Shown here: positions 12,201 to 26,531 of the stretch, piece after piece
How positions within the stretch are numbered: position 1 is the stretch's first letter
Layout of the letters: the number at the start of each line of letters is the position of its first letter
Assembly: GCA_903813345.2 (NCBI GenBank)
Contig: CAIIXF020000001.1
Span: 39,308,001-39,372,000 of the forward strand
Direction: 5' to 3'
From: Owenia fusiformis
Taxonomy: Eukaryota
DNA length: 64,000 nucleotides
Made by a program: the position numbers and the translations under genes
The notes under the pieces: model-generated
The model's input: the letters and a program-made list of their open reading frames with translations, nothing else
The model's database searches: none
Told to the model about the DNA's origin: nothing

Positions 12201-14236
12201 ACGGCCTGTACTATCCATTGGAATACAGACTCTTCAAGCTTTAGATAAAGAAGGACTCTGGTAAATCAGAATGTCCATGTACTCCCATTCCATCTCTTGT
12301 GAAAGAGAGAGAATCGAGATAGAGAGAAAAATGTATGTATATATTCATGCAGGTCTAGCTTACTTCCAGATTCATGTTAAATGTTCCAATGAAGGAAGTT
12401 AGCAATGGAACTATCATCTCAGCTTGATCCCAAAACTTACATCTATTATCGCTTGTGTGTATATTTTTCTTGTAAGTGATAAGCCTTCAAGTGTGAGCTG
12501 GATTTCATAGCCCACCATTTTCATCAATGTTAACCTGGAAATTATGCCTTGTGTATGGTTGCTGCCTATGTTTCATACTTGAGGCACTGGTACACTGGTT
12601 TGGTGTATGGAAAAGACCGTCCATCAACTAGATCTACTACTCTGACCAGTCAATCTCCACTCTTAGGTCCAAAATTTGTAGTGGCTTCTTGGAGGTTGGT
12701 GGTTGGAGGGGTCGGTTAGGGCGTTTCATTTTTTGGACTTCTTTTCTGAATAATATTCAAATCAATATCTAAACTGATTGAATATGCTATAAAATAGGTT
12801 AATCAGTTGACTCATACTGAATATCTGTAATGTCAGTCTTAGTAGATGGTGCCAATCTTGGTAATGATTGACCTTTTCTTGTGCTTAGTGCATGCTGATT
12901 TTTATTTAGACTGGGGTCGCTCAGAGGCAATCAAACATAGAACAGCTTTTCATTCACAAGCCAGAGTCGTGACAGTCGTTATTCTAGGGAATATATTTTC
13001 AGTTTTATGTGGTCTATGGGGAATAGCAGTCATGTCATCTGAAACCCACCCCTTAAGGCTCCCTTCATCTTTCATTACTTACAATTAGTGAAACATTGAT
13101 TATCTGTAATCCTACTCAATCAATAGTTTTGATATGAAATAGCCTGAAACACCTTCTAACCCACATCTTAACAGTATATACAGCACGGTGTGTATAGCAC
13201 TGTTATATGGACATTTAAGAGTTGCTTCTTTTATGGGTCCTTTTACTTGTATAGTTGCATGATCCAGTTGTCAGTGAGGAATTATATTGTCAGGTTCCTC
13301 TCAATGTAACAAGAATATTGCTTATTAGAGGTTAATAGAAAGTGATTCAGGATACTCATACATATTGATTCTTGCAAATAGTTTCTCGTAAGCACAATTT
13401 AGATGTGTTTGATTCCCCCTAGCCCTCTTCTCCACCAAGTGGGAGTCAATTAGTTGATTAGAATGTCAAAGGAACAGAATGACTGATCCCTAGAAATATA
13501 TTACTCATATGATGTGCCATCAGATAGAACTATCATCAATTAAGACATTTAAAATATAGAAAGTAATAGGTGATCATGATGGTTTCTATAATAAAATCTC
13601 AATTTTCTGAATTCATACCAAGTTATGTTTTTGCGTCGCCTCTCATAATGCTGTCTTAGAATTCATATGGGCAAGGTCATCTATCAAACTGAACAAGATA
13701 AAACTGAGCGACGTATACATAGGGGTATCTGGGGAATGTCTCGATTGATCCCATTCAGCATGCAAGCTTATAGTTTGAATCCAATTGCAACAGTGTATGA
13801 CATTGACAAAATAATTACTGTATTCATTTTCATTTTGTATACTCCAACAAAGCTTAAAGCCATACACATATAACTTGATGTTTTATAAGTACAATACAGT
13901 AACAGATAATAGATTTGGACAGTTCTTATAGTTAGAAATCTCATTAGAGTGAGAATGTGAGAAAATATATTTTTTGCAGATTTCCGGCAAAAATCAATTA
14001 AGCCACTGTTAGTGTTTGCAATGTGCTATTTTTCTAAAGAATTCAGTTTGATCCATTTTAAGAAGGCTTAGCAGGTGTGACTGTTTCACTGTTTTCATTC
14101 GCCATTTTCCCACCAGCTTTCACTTACTCAGTTTTGCTAACCCTTCTTCTTTTGAGGTTTTCTGTGTTTACAAAAAATCAGTCTGCAATCACATCTTGAC
14201 TTTCCTATGCTATTTGAAAGAAACTTGATGAGACTC

Positions 14237-14410
14237 ATGCAATCTTTGTTATTTTATGCTACAGTCTTTTGTTATTGTATGCTGAAAACTTTTGTTATTG
14301 TATGCAACAATCTTTTGTTATTGTGTGCTGCAATCTTTTGTTTTTATTAGATGCTGTATTGTATGTTATTGTATGCTGCAGTCATATGTTCTGTTTTATA
14401 TTTTTTGTAA
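14237..14410. repeat. Degenerate minisatellite, unit of about 22-26 bp (tgcaatcttttgttattgtatgc-like)
   Basis: cttttgttattgtatgc-like units recur about 6-7 times. Explains the spurious ORF 14269-14454. Confidence 0.8.
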
Positions 14411-16012
14411 TGCAGATGTTCTGTAACCCTGCTGAGTGTAGCAATACCATTTAGTACCATGACATGACGTAGTTGTCTTTTTAAGAGACACAAAATAAAA
14501 ATCTTGAAAAGGATAGAAGAAATAAATTGTTAAACCTGATATGTGGATAACTCTTTTTGATCAAATTTACATAAGAGGAAGTTGATTGGAGGATTTATGT
14601 ATGAATATATTATATTTATATACATGTACCCTCTTTTCTCATATTCAGTCTATGGATATAAAATCTTGGATGACTTGCTATCGCATACCCAACAACCCAG
14701 AGACTGGTAGTCATGAGATGAATCAAAATGTTGAAAAGGGTCTGATTATACATGAGAGGGTGTGAGATTTCAATCTGCCGGAGGGATGAACTTTCGATTT
14801 GATTTGAAAACTGTTTATTCTGGGTAGTTATATCAATGCAAAAACTAGTGTTCCTAGGGGCCAGGTGACTAACTATTTGTATTTGAAGAAACTGAGATAT
14901 TGTTTGATATTGTTGTTTATTGATTTCTAAATACATATCATGGCACTCTTGTTATCCTCATGATTTTCTCTGTATTCCTCCCTCATGTTATGTCACTGTG
15001 ATATTCAAGCTGATATTACATTGAAGACATTTGATGACTTGTTTGAAGTATAATATGTGATTCCTCTTGAAGGTTCTCATATGAATAACAAAACCCAAAT
15101 GAAAGATTTTATATTATTACAGTTGTTTTAGCTCTACTTCATACTTTTCTGGATGATACTAAGATACTCAGCACTGAAGAAGACATGTTGGCTGCTTGTT
15201 TGAAGTACACTGTTATTTATAATTCATCTTGAAGGCTTTCAGGACAACCCAAAAGAAAGATTTCTTCATTCTACCGATGGTTTATTATTAGACTCATATG
15301 TTGTATGTTCAGTTTATTCACAAGTGTCCTCATAATTAATCACATTGTCCGCAACCAACTGGCCTTCATTGGGGACATTATGGTTCATTTCTCTTTTGTC
15401 TATTGCTCTTACTAAACCATCTATGCCTACATACAATTCATACACAATAATACGAGGGGCATCAGTTGATGAAATTGGATGCCTATTCATAAAAGTGGAT
15501 GATAATTGATGAGTATTAGATTTCAGAATTGAATATTTGCCATTTTTATAAAAAGTGTGTTTTATGTTTTTCTAGATGCATAAGCATATAACTAAGAAGT
15601 GAAACCCTGCTTGGTTTAGATTCAAAACAAAATCCAGGAAAATGTATCTTTTTTATCATTTGTTATCTCAGTAAGGTGCCCATATATTACCCAAAGATAA
15701 TCCTGTTGTCTTTTCAACAGGATAGTAGGATAATTCCCCTTCAGAAAGTAGGGTTCATAAGTTAAGTCTGTGTAGTAGACCTGGAAAGATTATGCCAAGT
15801 TGAATCTGGAAACATAGAAAAGATATAGACAACATATGATGAACATATTTGACCTGGTGATGCGTACTATAACTTTGGAAAGTACATCACTATCTGTACA
15901 TCATTTCTAGAGAAATGTTGGGCTGTTGGCTCATTATATGGAAAAGTAAAACACCAGTCTTGCATAAGAACCATATTCACCCTTTCAAATGTTTTAACTG
16001 CCTATAGTCATA

Positions 16013-17270
16013 CAGTAAAACCTGTGTATAGTGAAAACTTATGGAGCCATAAAAATGTGTTCACTGTAAGAAGGTGTTCACTATGGAGAAGCCATTTTGT
16101 AGTAAGTGCAAAATGTACTGAGAATGCTTAAAAAGGGTGTTCATAAAGAAAGGTGTTTATTAAGACACTTATCTCCACACGTGGATATGTTGTCCCATTA
16201 CACCCTTTCATTGTGAAGATTCAGAAAGTATATATTGGATTGGGTAGCACTGAGTTTAGTTAGTCACACTACTGGAAAAATTGTACTTTTCCAGTCTGCT
16301 CATCCCAGAACATCAATGAACCACATGACATGATTTCTTGGCAAATGCCCCAGTCTACACATCTATGTGTGCACGTAAGCATTCACACAACAACCTGGAC
16401 TTGTTATTATTATCTAGTTGTCATATATTACTCTATTTTCTTGCACGTTTTATTGTGGTAGGCTAAGTAGAATGATAACCTTACTCACTTCTGTTGCATA
16501 GGTTTGATTACAGTATACCTTTATGCAAACAGGCCCAAAACTTGTCACACAAGGGCAACCTATAGAATATATATCTTTTATTGACTAGCTAAATTGTTAA
16601 ATTGCCTGTTTTGTACAGCTGGCTATCAGGTAAACATACAGGAACAAAAACTAAATCTAAAATCAAAAATACCACAACTTGAGATGACATGTTCATTTTC
16701 ATAAAATCAAAATTGGCCATATTTTCCAAGGGTGTGAGTTCTGCAGTATGCAAATGTAACATCTAATCCATGTTAAAACATTACATCACTTGCATGAAGG
16801 GATAGACATTAAGCATGGTACCTATAGCCTCTTCTCTTTCCTTGAAAGTGTTAAATAAAGAAGGAGGTAAATCAGAATTTGAACAATGAGAGCTGTTAAG
16901 AAGCATCAACTTTATTCAGTCTGCTCCAAAGGGAACATCTACAAACAGTTAATTAAGGGATGTACAATTTTAGACACAGATGTTGGTATTGCAACCATAA
17001 AAACTTGCTAAGTGGATAACTTACTCCTAGGCTGAATATGTGTACCAATACATGTATTTCTAATTTATTTATCTCAAGTTTCACAATGATGTCATATATA
17101 CTAAGGGGTACACTGACATTGGTTAACACCTTATATATATAGTAAAAAAAAGTATTGCGAAGTACCACAGGATTGGCCAAGAAGAAGCTGTTGATTTTCA
17201 ATAGCATGGCTATGAGTGGCACCATTTCAAAGTATTCATAGAGAGGTGTTCACAAATACAGGTTTTTATG
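16013..17270. mobile_element. Degenerate Tc1/mariner-type MITE ends, possibly interrupted
   Basis: TA|CAGTAAAACCTGT at 16011 followed by repeated aggtgttcac motifs. Matching right end aggtgttcacaaatacaggtttttatg|TA at about 17244-17272. Whether the two ends belong to one element is uncertain. Confidence 0.5.
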
Positions 17271-18204
17271 TATTATGTGTTGAAACATGATATAAGACAT
17301 ATGTTTTCTATTGTCTAGTCTCAGCAGATGCTACTTATTCTGCAAGGCACACTTCTCCAAGTACCAGGCCTCTACATATGTCAAGTGGCCAAAGTAGCTG
17401 GCTTTGCTAACTCTCAATTGTTCATTTCCTAAAGACATAACCTAATATGTAACAGTATGTGTGAGTCGCAGTAGGTATGCTAGGCCCTCGCAACATCAAA
17501 ACAAGTCCAGAATCTGATAATCATTTCATAAAGATATAACTAGAGAATCCATTGGAATTTCTGGCAAAATAAGTGATTAATAAAAGCATGTGAAATGATT
17601 GGAAATTTCATTTTAACATGGAAACAGTTGTGAAATTCCTCAAAACAAGAATTGATTTTGGCAAAAACAAGAAGAGAACATTGGCTGTTTCCTGCTGCTA
17701 ATAAAACCATTGAATACTGTGTAAAAAAGTGGATATCACACCAGATCCTTGCTACATCAGAACAAGTTGAGACTCTGACAATGCAATTTCACATTATTTG
17801 ATTATTACTTGATTTTCAAAGTATATTTCTGCAAGAATAACCAGATATGGGACTAATAGATCAACTCCCAGGCTCCAGTCATATTCCATGTTAATTGCTT
17901 GGGGTGTTAACTTTGTGTTTGAATGCACTTTGTCATACAGTCATTTGATTTATCTTTTATCTGTTGTGTTGTTATTATACATCAAGCAATGCCTAAAACA
18001 TGTTTTGATAGAATGAATAATTGATGGATTTGGTGATGCACTAACTGTTTTCCATGCATCACAATGTGAATCTTGAACAATTCAGTCACACGAAGAAGCA
18101 TAAATTATGAATACAGCCATAAAATAAACATTGCTTTAGAGCATATACTTGCCAAATGGTATATTGCTTCACTGTGAAACATATTTCACTTATTCTTGGC
18201 CTTA

Positions 18205-18605
18205 GGGGAGGCATCAAAAGTTCAATGTCTGATAGGAAACTAAATAAATCTAGTTTTGAGTTGGACCCCCCCCCCCCTCCCCCTCAAAACTAAATTCAAT
18301 GAAAGTTGATCGCAGACTTTTCACATGTTTTAGTGACTCAATGGGGGCAGTGCTTCAACATTTATGATTCTTAAAACATGTGCCAACAACAATAGGCATA
18401 ATATATATTCCATGTTGCATGCATCTTGGTAGGCATCTGGTAAAGTTTTTATTTTTAAACCATTCCAAGGCATTTCCAGTCGAAATTGCAAAAAAATTAA
18501 ATGTTGAAATTTGTCGGATAGCAAACTGAAATAGCTTTGACCCCCTCCCCCCCAAACTAGATTTATTTAGTTTTCTATCAGACATTGATCTTTTGATGCC
18601 TCCCC
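18205..18605. mobile_element. PIF/Harbinger (Tourist-like) MITE
   Basis: TIRs of about 52 bp beginning GGGGAGGCATCAAAAG (2 mismatches). 3-bp TSD TTA at 18202-18204 and 18606-18608. Confidence 0.9.
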
Positions 18606-19826
18606 TTAGTGCATCTGTTAAAGCTTCACAAAGGGGGAATGCTGTAACATTTGGCTTTACGTTTTTACTTGATCTTTGTGCAATATATTATTAGTCATTT
18701 CAACTGCTGATACAGCTGAATGAATATACATACAAGTACAGTTGTTATGAAGTAGGAAGATGCAAGGCTGTTAGAAAGCACCTAGAAAAATAAATAAGTC
18801 GTAATATAAAAAAACCTTTCAAATGAAAAATATAATTGTATGGTAGCAATGTATTTTTCTCTGTACTATTTTTGAAAATCAGGCTAGCGCCTTACTCTAA
18901 TCAATGAAAAATGATTGAATGCAGAATGTTCATTAGAGAATTCATAGTTCTGAAAGGGTACACGCGGAGTACTTCAAACAAACTACTGGAACTATTCTAA
19001 ATTATTGATTTGCAGATCTCTCCGCAGATTGATTCGAAATTGATTCTGGTTTTAACTTTGGCTTACAAATCTGATATATTTAGCCTGATAATGAAGCAAT
19101 ATTTTGTCAGATTCTCTAATTAAATGCCTATAACTACAAGTAGTTTATTTTAGTGAGGCTTAAAACAAGCTTTCCTGCATTAAATGAGTGGTCTGGTTAG
19201 AACAGAACATGGCATCTGACTTTCTTCTCTGAAGTACTACATTTTGCAACATATGTATCAGATATGCCGCAGACATAGCCACCATATTTAGATTTAGAAG
19301 GTTACCGCAAGTGCTCTAAATAAATTCTCAATTTCTGTATAAGTTAATTATTTGTTAATCTTTGGTTTTGTTTGAGGTAACGTCAATATTTTGATAAGTG
19401 GTTGACTTCTTGGGATTCCAGATCTTTTTATCCAGGCCATGTTGTCACCTAAACACTTGCTCTGGTAGGAATCATTCATCACATATTCACTTACTATGTG
19501 GTATGTTAAAATTATTGTGGCATTTGAGGGGGCACCTTATTTTACTGTAACCCTTAATGGGGCATCAGCTTGTTACTTTGGTAATAGGGCATTAGTCTAT
19601 TTAACTGCAACGTTTGATGGGGCATCAGTCTTTATAACAGCACCGCTCTGAATTTAACAAAATAACAGGAGGTGATGTTGAGAGATTTTGGAAGCCAAAT
19701 GTAGAATTTTCCTGGTGTGATTATGACTGATGCATCCTGCATATTACCATGGTTACCAGGTAACTGCTAAGATGTAGTAATTAGCATGTTTCCCAGCAAG
19801 ATGGCATCAACAAATCTGCCTACTCC

Positions 19827-20009
19827 GCATCATCCATCTCAATTATGGGAAAGCATATCAGACAGGCTCATTCTGGATGTACGCATTTCGTTCGGACTTT
19901 TCACGCGAAATATGTATATGTCACGCATTCCGTTCGAAATTTTCGTCCCCCCTTGATGGATGCATCATCCATCTCAATTATGGGAAAGCATATCAGACAG
20001 GCTCATTCT
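19827..20009. repeat. Perfect 48-bp direct duplication flanking an 87-bp CpG-rich insert
   Basis: 19827-19874 is identical to 19962-20009; the insert is 19875-19961. Confidence 0.95.
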
Positions 20010-22619
20010 CAGGTCATTGGAACCTAATTCTCAAAGGTGACAACTTTTTTTATTTCCCATAAGGTGTATCCGTTATGGGTTAATGAATCTAGCACCAATG
20101 GGGATAGTCGATGCCTTTGGAGATTGTAAAGTGATGATTTGTATGCAAACTCATCAATGGAAACATCATTGGTTCTCAATTGAAGCTTTCTTTAAAATAT
20201 TTTCACAATGGGGTAGGAGGGTCAATATTTAGCCTTACAGACAGTCTTGCGTCAAACCCATCTGTAGTCCTTCTATGAGTACTAACATACAAACCCAGAT
20301 GTTACATTTCAATGTGATAGGAGAGAAAGGAAGGGGGGAGAGAAGAGACTAGATACAAGACTGTAAGAAGTTTTTTCTGGTCACCATTTTGTATTGGTCA
20401 TGCATAAACAGTTTCACAGTTGTCAGCTAATCCAATTCTCCATTCCCATTAGACCCCCTCTGCCGGCAATTGAATCCGAGATCCCTTTCTCCATGATTGT
20501 ATTTTGCAGAGATCAAATTATCAAAGAAGTAATTTGTTGAGGCATCTTGACTCACATTATGTAAATGTTCATGCTGGCACTGTCTAGCCAGCTGTATTCT
20601 TATTATTGGGATATTGCTAAAAGTATTCTGCTAAGTTACATTTTATGATGGTCTGTATATTGACAGATCAAATATCGATCCCTACACCAAAATGCTGGCA
20701 TATTAAATTCTTCATGAACATCATGACACATAGGATGCCAAGATATGTTTGGATAAATGCCGAGCATTCAAGCATGACAAATGATGCTTGTTGGGGGCAA
20801 TTGGTATTTGTATACATAGTGAGTTAAAAGATCATTTGTAAGACACTAGTACTCCATCCTCATTGACTGGCCAAAGATCTAGTCTGTTAATAAAACCTAG
20901 ACACAAAACCCAATCAATCCCAAAGCTGTCATCACATGACTACTTTACACAGGTGAGCTTGCGTGCAAGAGAGGTAACTGTCATATCCCATCATGCAATC
21001 TTGTGACTACCCCATCATGTACTTATTGTGCTGAATTACTAAGAGCTGATTGGTAGGATAGATTTACAAGGTGTTCTGAAGGAGACATGGTCTGCTACAT
21101 CTCTAGGTGAGGTACAGGTTATCAATACATCATCCTGTTGTAGATTCTGGTTTTGTCTTTAAGGATGATCTACAGACCATCTACAGTCCTTGTCCATAAT
21201 GTGGATTTAGATCTTTAGAATGGTATGGCAGAGAAGGAATGGTTCGATGCACAAATGTTCTGAAAATAATTTCTTCTCCTTGAACTGTCTTTGGAAATCT
21301 TTTATATAACTCTCAATGTTGTATTATATGTGGAAATCTTAAATCTGCTCAAATTGAAATAAATCAGGAATTTGAATGGAATTTCTGTTTGCAGACAAAA
21401 CAGTGAAAAACAACAGGCAAAATTATTAGAAATGATTAAGTTAACATGGGAAGTATTGCTAAACTTTTCAAAACAACAGGCAATTTGCTAACATCAACAG
21501 GCGTTTTCTGCCAATGAAACCCTGGAAAATAAATTACAATTTGTACCCATATAAATGTTACACACAAGCATTTCTTATATTAATTAAAGGTCTTAATGGC
21601 CCGGTTACTTGTTCATTTGTTGTACCCATCCTGTCTCTACTCTGATGTAATATTGATCCAATAATCATATTAACACTAAGTGGTTCATGGATGAGATACT
21701 ACAGCATATTGTGCCATCATTCATGCTTCAGTTGGCAGGGGTCAACACATATTAGCTGCTACAGGTGGGACTTCCAGCCTTCATCGTTCATCTCCATCAC
21801 CCTTCATCTTCCAAACATCAATTCAAGCTACTTCATCATCAGCTTTGAGGTTTCAATCTGAACTTTAGTGGAATAAAGTTGGAAGGTATATGTACTCTTT
21901 GACTAGCAGTCCATTCTTTGATCTTTTTCTTAGTTGGGGTTTGTTTTCCTTATGACTGATGTACTTATAGATGTTTCCTTTTTCTTGCGGTGTTCTTTAA
22001 TGATTTTGGTCCTTTTCCTTGGTACTTGCACATACGTATCTTAGTTTGGTCTGCTAGATGTGACTTTTGATATTCAGTCTGTGAATGATTAGGGACTCTA
22101 TGCATTAATCAATTTTGCCTCTTGTGATTTCTGACTAATCTTGTTTCCTCATTGCCTCCCTCTCCTCCTTCATCTATTTTAAGCTGCAATTTAGGCTGGG
22201 AATCTATTGTTTGGAACATGTTGTTCGGATACTTTGATTTATACGGTCTGTCTACTTTGCCATCTGTATCAATATAATTAATTGATTTATACAATGCCTC
22301 TATATTTCATGTTAATATCTTCAATTATTTCACTACTATTGCATGAAGATCTTATATACCTACCCCATAGCCTCTCTGTCACAGGCCAAGAGGAAATGTT
22401 GTCTTGGAATATGTAGGGGGAGGGGGAGGTACAGGCCACAGGGTCTTGATATGAAACTGTAATTTCGCTTACGTTGTCATCTTATTTCCCAAGTCTTAAG
22501 ATAGGAAAGTCGTTGTGAATACAATACACTGAGAATAGATATTTCCTGGTAACTTAAGATACAAGAGTAGTCTTGAGGAGTTAACTATTTATCTACATTC
22601 ATATTTCTCGAGGAGTACA

Positions 22620-22917
22620 CAGCATAATCTGTATATCGGAACACCTATCTAGTCTCTAATCTGAACACCTGTTGGTGTGAATGTTTTTTGGTCCTGTTTT
22701 GTTTTACCACCACTATTCTTAATATAGTCTCCATTTTTTTGTGAATGGTGTCTGGCAGTTGGTGGTCAGTGGCTGTAACAAATGGCCTGTGGTGAAATTT
22801 TGCATGTTGATGCTTTGTTTAATTACCTTAGACTTCTTGTTTTTGATATGATGACACCTACCAATCAGAACATGTTAGGCCAGTCCAAGTGGTGTTCTAA
22901 TTAGATGGGTTTTACTG
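22620..22917. mobile_element. Old Tc1/mariner-type MITE remnant
   Basis: gaacacct repeats on the left and ggtgttctaattagatgggttttactg on the right, the same family signature as 16013, 26376 and 57315. Confidence 0.5.
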
Positions 22918-25900
22918 CATTAGCAATAGAGGAACTGTTGACTTCCTGGTTATAATTTATAATCACTTAATAAGCTGATATTTTAGAGATAACTTATGTG
23001 TTAATTTCTTATACGATAGACCTACCATGATAATTAATTTGATGAAAACATCCTATTATGAATGAATTATTACACTTTTTTGTTCAAGAAAACTAATAAC
23101 TAATATATATTGGCTTTTGCCAGAAATGAAAAGATAATCTTCTATGTAAAGATTCTTTATTCGAGCGGGGACAGAGGCTGAAATATCTCCCACGTAGTTA
23201 TGAAAATGACAGAAGGTTGGTAGCTAATGTAATTGGAGTCAAATAGTTTAAAAGTCTTTTCTCGCAGAGTCGTCTTTCTGACAGGCCTTTGTCTGCTGGG
23301 AAATCTGCCCGATACTGATAGGTTGAAGCATTGATTTAGCCAATGCAGTGAACAATAATACAATGTAACATTGGAATTGTATTCTCTAGAGCCTCACCTC
23401 AATGATACAATAGTAGTTTTTAAGAAATAATTTCATCGTATTCCATATATAATTATTATAGAATTTTTCCAGTGCTTTTATGATAGGGGCTTCTTTTGTG
23501 TTCTCAGTTAAACCATTGGCTTTAGGAACAATGTATCTATCGCTCGAAAAATGATACATGTTTATTGATTATCTGATTGACTTTATCTTTTTTTCAATAC
23601 ATACAGTATTTGGTAACAACACCCGAGAATGTGTTAACATTGTAAATACCACCAGTATTCAATATTACATACATACCTTATGTTTGGGCATCATTGAACT
23701 TGAGAGACTAAATCAATTTCAAGACATGTAACACTGACTTAATGCATTCCAGTCTGATTTATTTCAATTTGTATGTTTCTCATTAGATATTCATTCTTGT
23801 ACAATTCTACACATTTTCCTTTATGGTCCTATGGGTAAAAAAGTAGAAAGTCAGATATCATGCTATACCAGGACCCTTGCACGTAATTGTTGTTCCAATC
23901 CACTGATTTGTGGCGATTTTTTATCTGTGGTCATATAGCACAAAACGGTGAAATTCCTCCAATAGAACAGTTATATGTTCTTCTGTCTTTGTTATTGTCA
24001 AAAACAATGAAATCAGTTCTGGTAAAAACATAAACTAGAGTGATCGGTTTTGAGATTTTTAAGAGTAACCAAGATTGATTCTATTACTTCATGACTTGAT
24101 TGATGTCATTGGAATAAATGCTGACATTAATGCCTGGTGCTTCACTGCTACAGGCCCTAATGATGCTACTTTCATGCTAGATCGGAATATTTCAAGGACT
24201 CTTGGCAATAGCACTGTTCTTGTGTTATTTTATGCAGTTTTATTCTGATATGCATCATATATGATCTTTCTGTTACAAATGCAGTATCATCTCAAAACTA
24301 AGAAAAAATGAGATGACAAATTTTCACTTAACTTGAATGCAGCTTTTAAACCATGTATCACCTCCCTATACAATGGTTTACAGAATTTTGCTGCTTCACT
24401 CAAAACAAGGCCAGTAGCATCAATAGCATCAAGGATTCCTTCCATTTGTTTCATAGTAACCCAGTTAGTGTGATATCCATAGGTCGGAATATCATGCAAA
24501 AATATAAGTGGTATTTTTATAACTATTGAAAAAGTATCATATTTTTGGCAAATTTGGCACCATATCTTGTGGCTTACAGATTTTTGCTAATTTACTCAAA
24601 ACAATGCTGTTATGCGTTTTTACAATATTTTACATGTTGATTTGCTTTTCAAAGTGATTTTTTCTAGTACCGCACTAGTTATGTTAACACTGATCATATA
24701 TACGTAGAACACGCAACATTCCAGGCTGATTAGATCAAGGCAGAGATTTATTGAAATAACATGCAATGCTTTTGATGTGTAATGTTCTATATAAAAATAC
24801 AATAAATGAATTCTGCATTCTGCATGCATGTCATAAAATCAAATGTCTCCGAGAATTCTTAAGAGTACCTTCTTCTGAACATGTAATCATGCATATACAC
24901 AGAATTGGGTGACCAACGACTATGAAAGACTACTATTCTTGCTATGCTTTCTTTTTAATCATTATTGCAAACTATGTTAGAAACTGAAAATCTCTCAGTA
25001 AGAGCAGATTCACCACGCCATGTTTGTATTTAGGTTATAACTGTCAGCTTGGTGTAGATTCCCTGCATGGCGATCTATGTGTTTTTTCAAGCCGCAGTTG
25101 TCATGTGGTGTAGGGGGCTTCATATATTGGCAATCAGACACGAAATCCTACACCTTACAAGTTTTCACCTTTAATTAGGACGGCACCACGCCAGGATTGG
25201 TGTATGCCTGGGAACTCTAAGAGTCTTCAGGTAAATTCTAGCTGCTTTCACATCTGTTTGTTAATTGTGTTTACTGTTTATGTCGTCTTCAACATGTGTG
25301 TGTTGATCATCTTTCAGTTCTGCTTCTAGGGGTTCTTTTTTCTATTTTATATGATGTCGTCCCTTGATCATTAGATTTTTTCTATGTACAGAAATGGTTG
25401 TAAACAAGGTATGATTTTAAAGTGTATCATGACATTGTGTTCTAGTTTGCAATCAATAAATATATATATTTGATATATCAGCTTGTTCTTTTTACATAGA
25501 TACAATGTACCAGCAGACACAGGTATAAATCTTATATTGATCTTCATTGAATTTATCATCCTTATTATCAGAAAAGCAGATGTCTGAGCAGTATAAACAA
25601 TAAAATATGGAACATTTGTCATTATAGCCCTTATAAAAACCTTGTTAGTAAAGATCGGAGCATCGGTTTTCTAGAGTTTCCTGGAATAAATCAATTTTAT
25701 GTTTGTGTTGATAATACATCAAAGGTGAATGATAGTGTTGCTGCATATGTTGTCTTTTACAGCACATTGATGTAATAGGTTTGCTAACAGGGTCAGCGCA
25801 TCTGGGGAAGGTTTCCCACATGTTCTTAACCATCAGTGAATGCTTAGTGAGTATAGCTTTACTAGCTACAGTGAACGTCATAAATAACATCAGATCATAG

Positions 25901-26375
25901 ATTATCAGCAATTTGTAAAAATTGACTATTCAAAGCAAGGTTAGGTTGATAGTAGTCTTGTTTCAGAGCCTCAATATATACTTTATCCCTTGTGGGGAGG
26001 GGTTTACAAACCTAGTGCAAGGCTTGGTTATAAGTTAGTAGGACTGACTAGTTGGTATAAGAAATGATGGAGATTTGCCAGGTTAGACATTTATAGCCTG
26101 GTTGGTGTTGGATCTGAACATCTTTCAATTAACTCAATTATGATAGCAAGTACTGCTTCAGGGTACCATCTTGGACAGTATATCGTTACTCTCTTAATTT
26201 TCCCTGGATACCTTCAATGTGCAGTATGAAAGAGGGCTTCATTTACAGTCTATGTGCCTCAAGATACAGGATACCAAGATTTACTGTTACTTTAAATTGC
26301 ACTATACCAGCATTGGAGCAATTTCATTTTATTTGAGTTAACAATCATCTCACATGAAGACACATTAGTTTAGTT

Positions 26376-26531
26376 CTGTAAAACCTGTGGAACTTCTCTG
26401 TTACCTTTAAAAGTGTTTCACATTGGAGGTGTTCCACTTATAGAGGTTCCTTTAACATTAATTTTATGGTTTTATATTAGTACTGAAAAGTGTTCCACTT
26501 CTAGAGTTGTTCCCTTTTGTAGGTTTCACTG
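26376..26531. mobile_element. Short Tc1/mariner-type MITE remnant
   Basis: ctgtaaaacct...aggtttcactg|TA ends with repeated gtgttccactt subterminal motifs. Confidence 0.6.

Noticed and set aside
19827..20009. Repeat-spacer-repeat resembling a CRISPR unit
   Set aside because: Only two repeats, an 87-bp spacer, a eukaryotic intron context and no cas genes.
21760..22294. Purine-rich minus-strand stretch with Lys/Glu-rich reading frames
   Set aside because: Multiple stops and no motif. At best an unidentifiable retroelement fossil.
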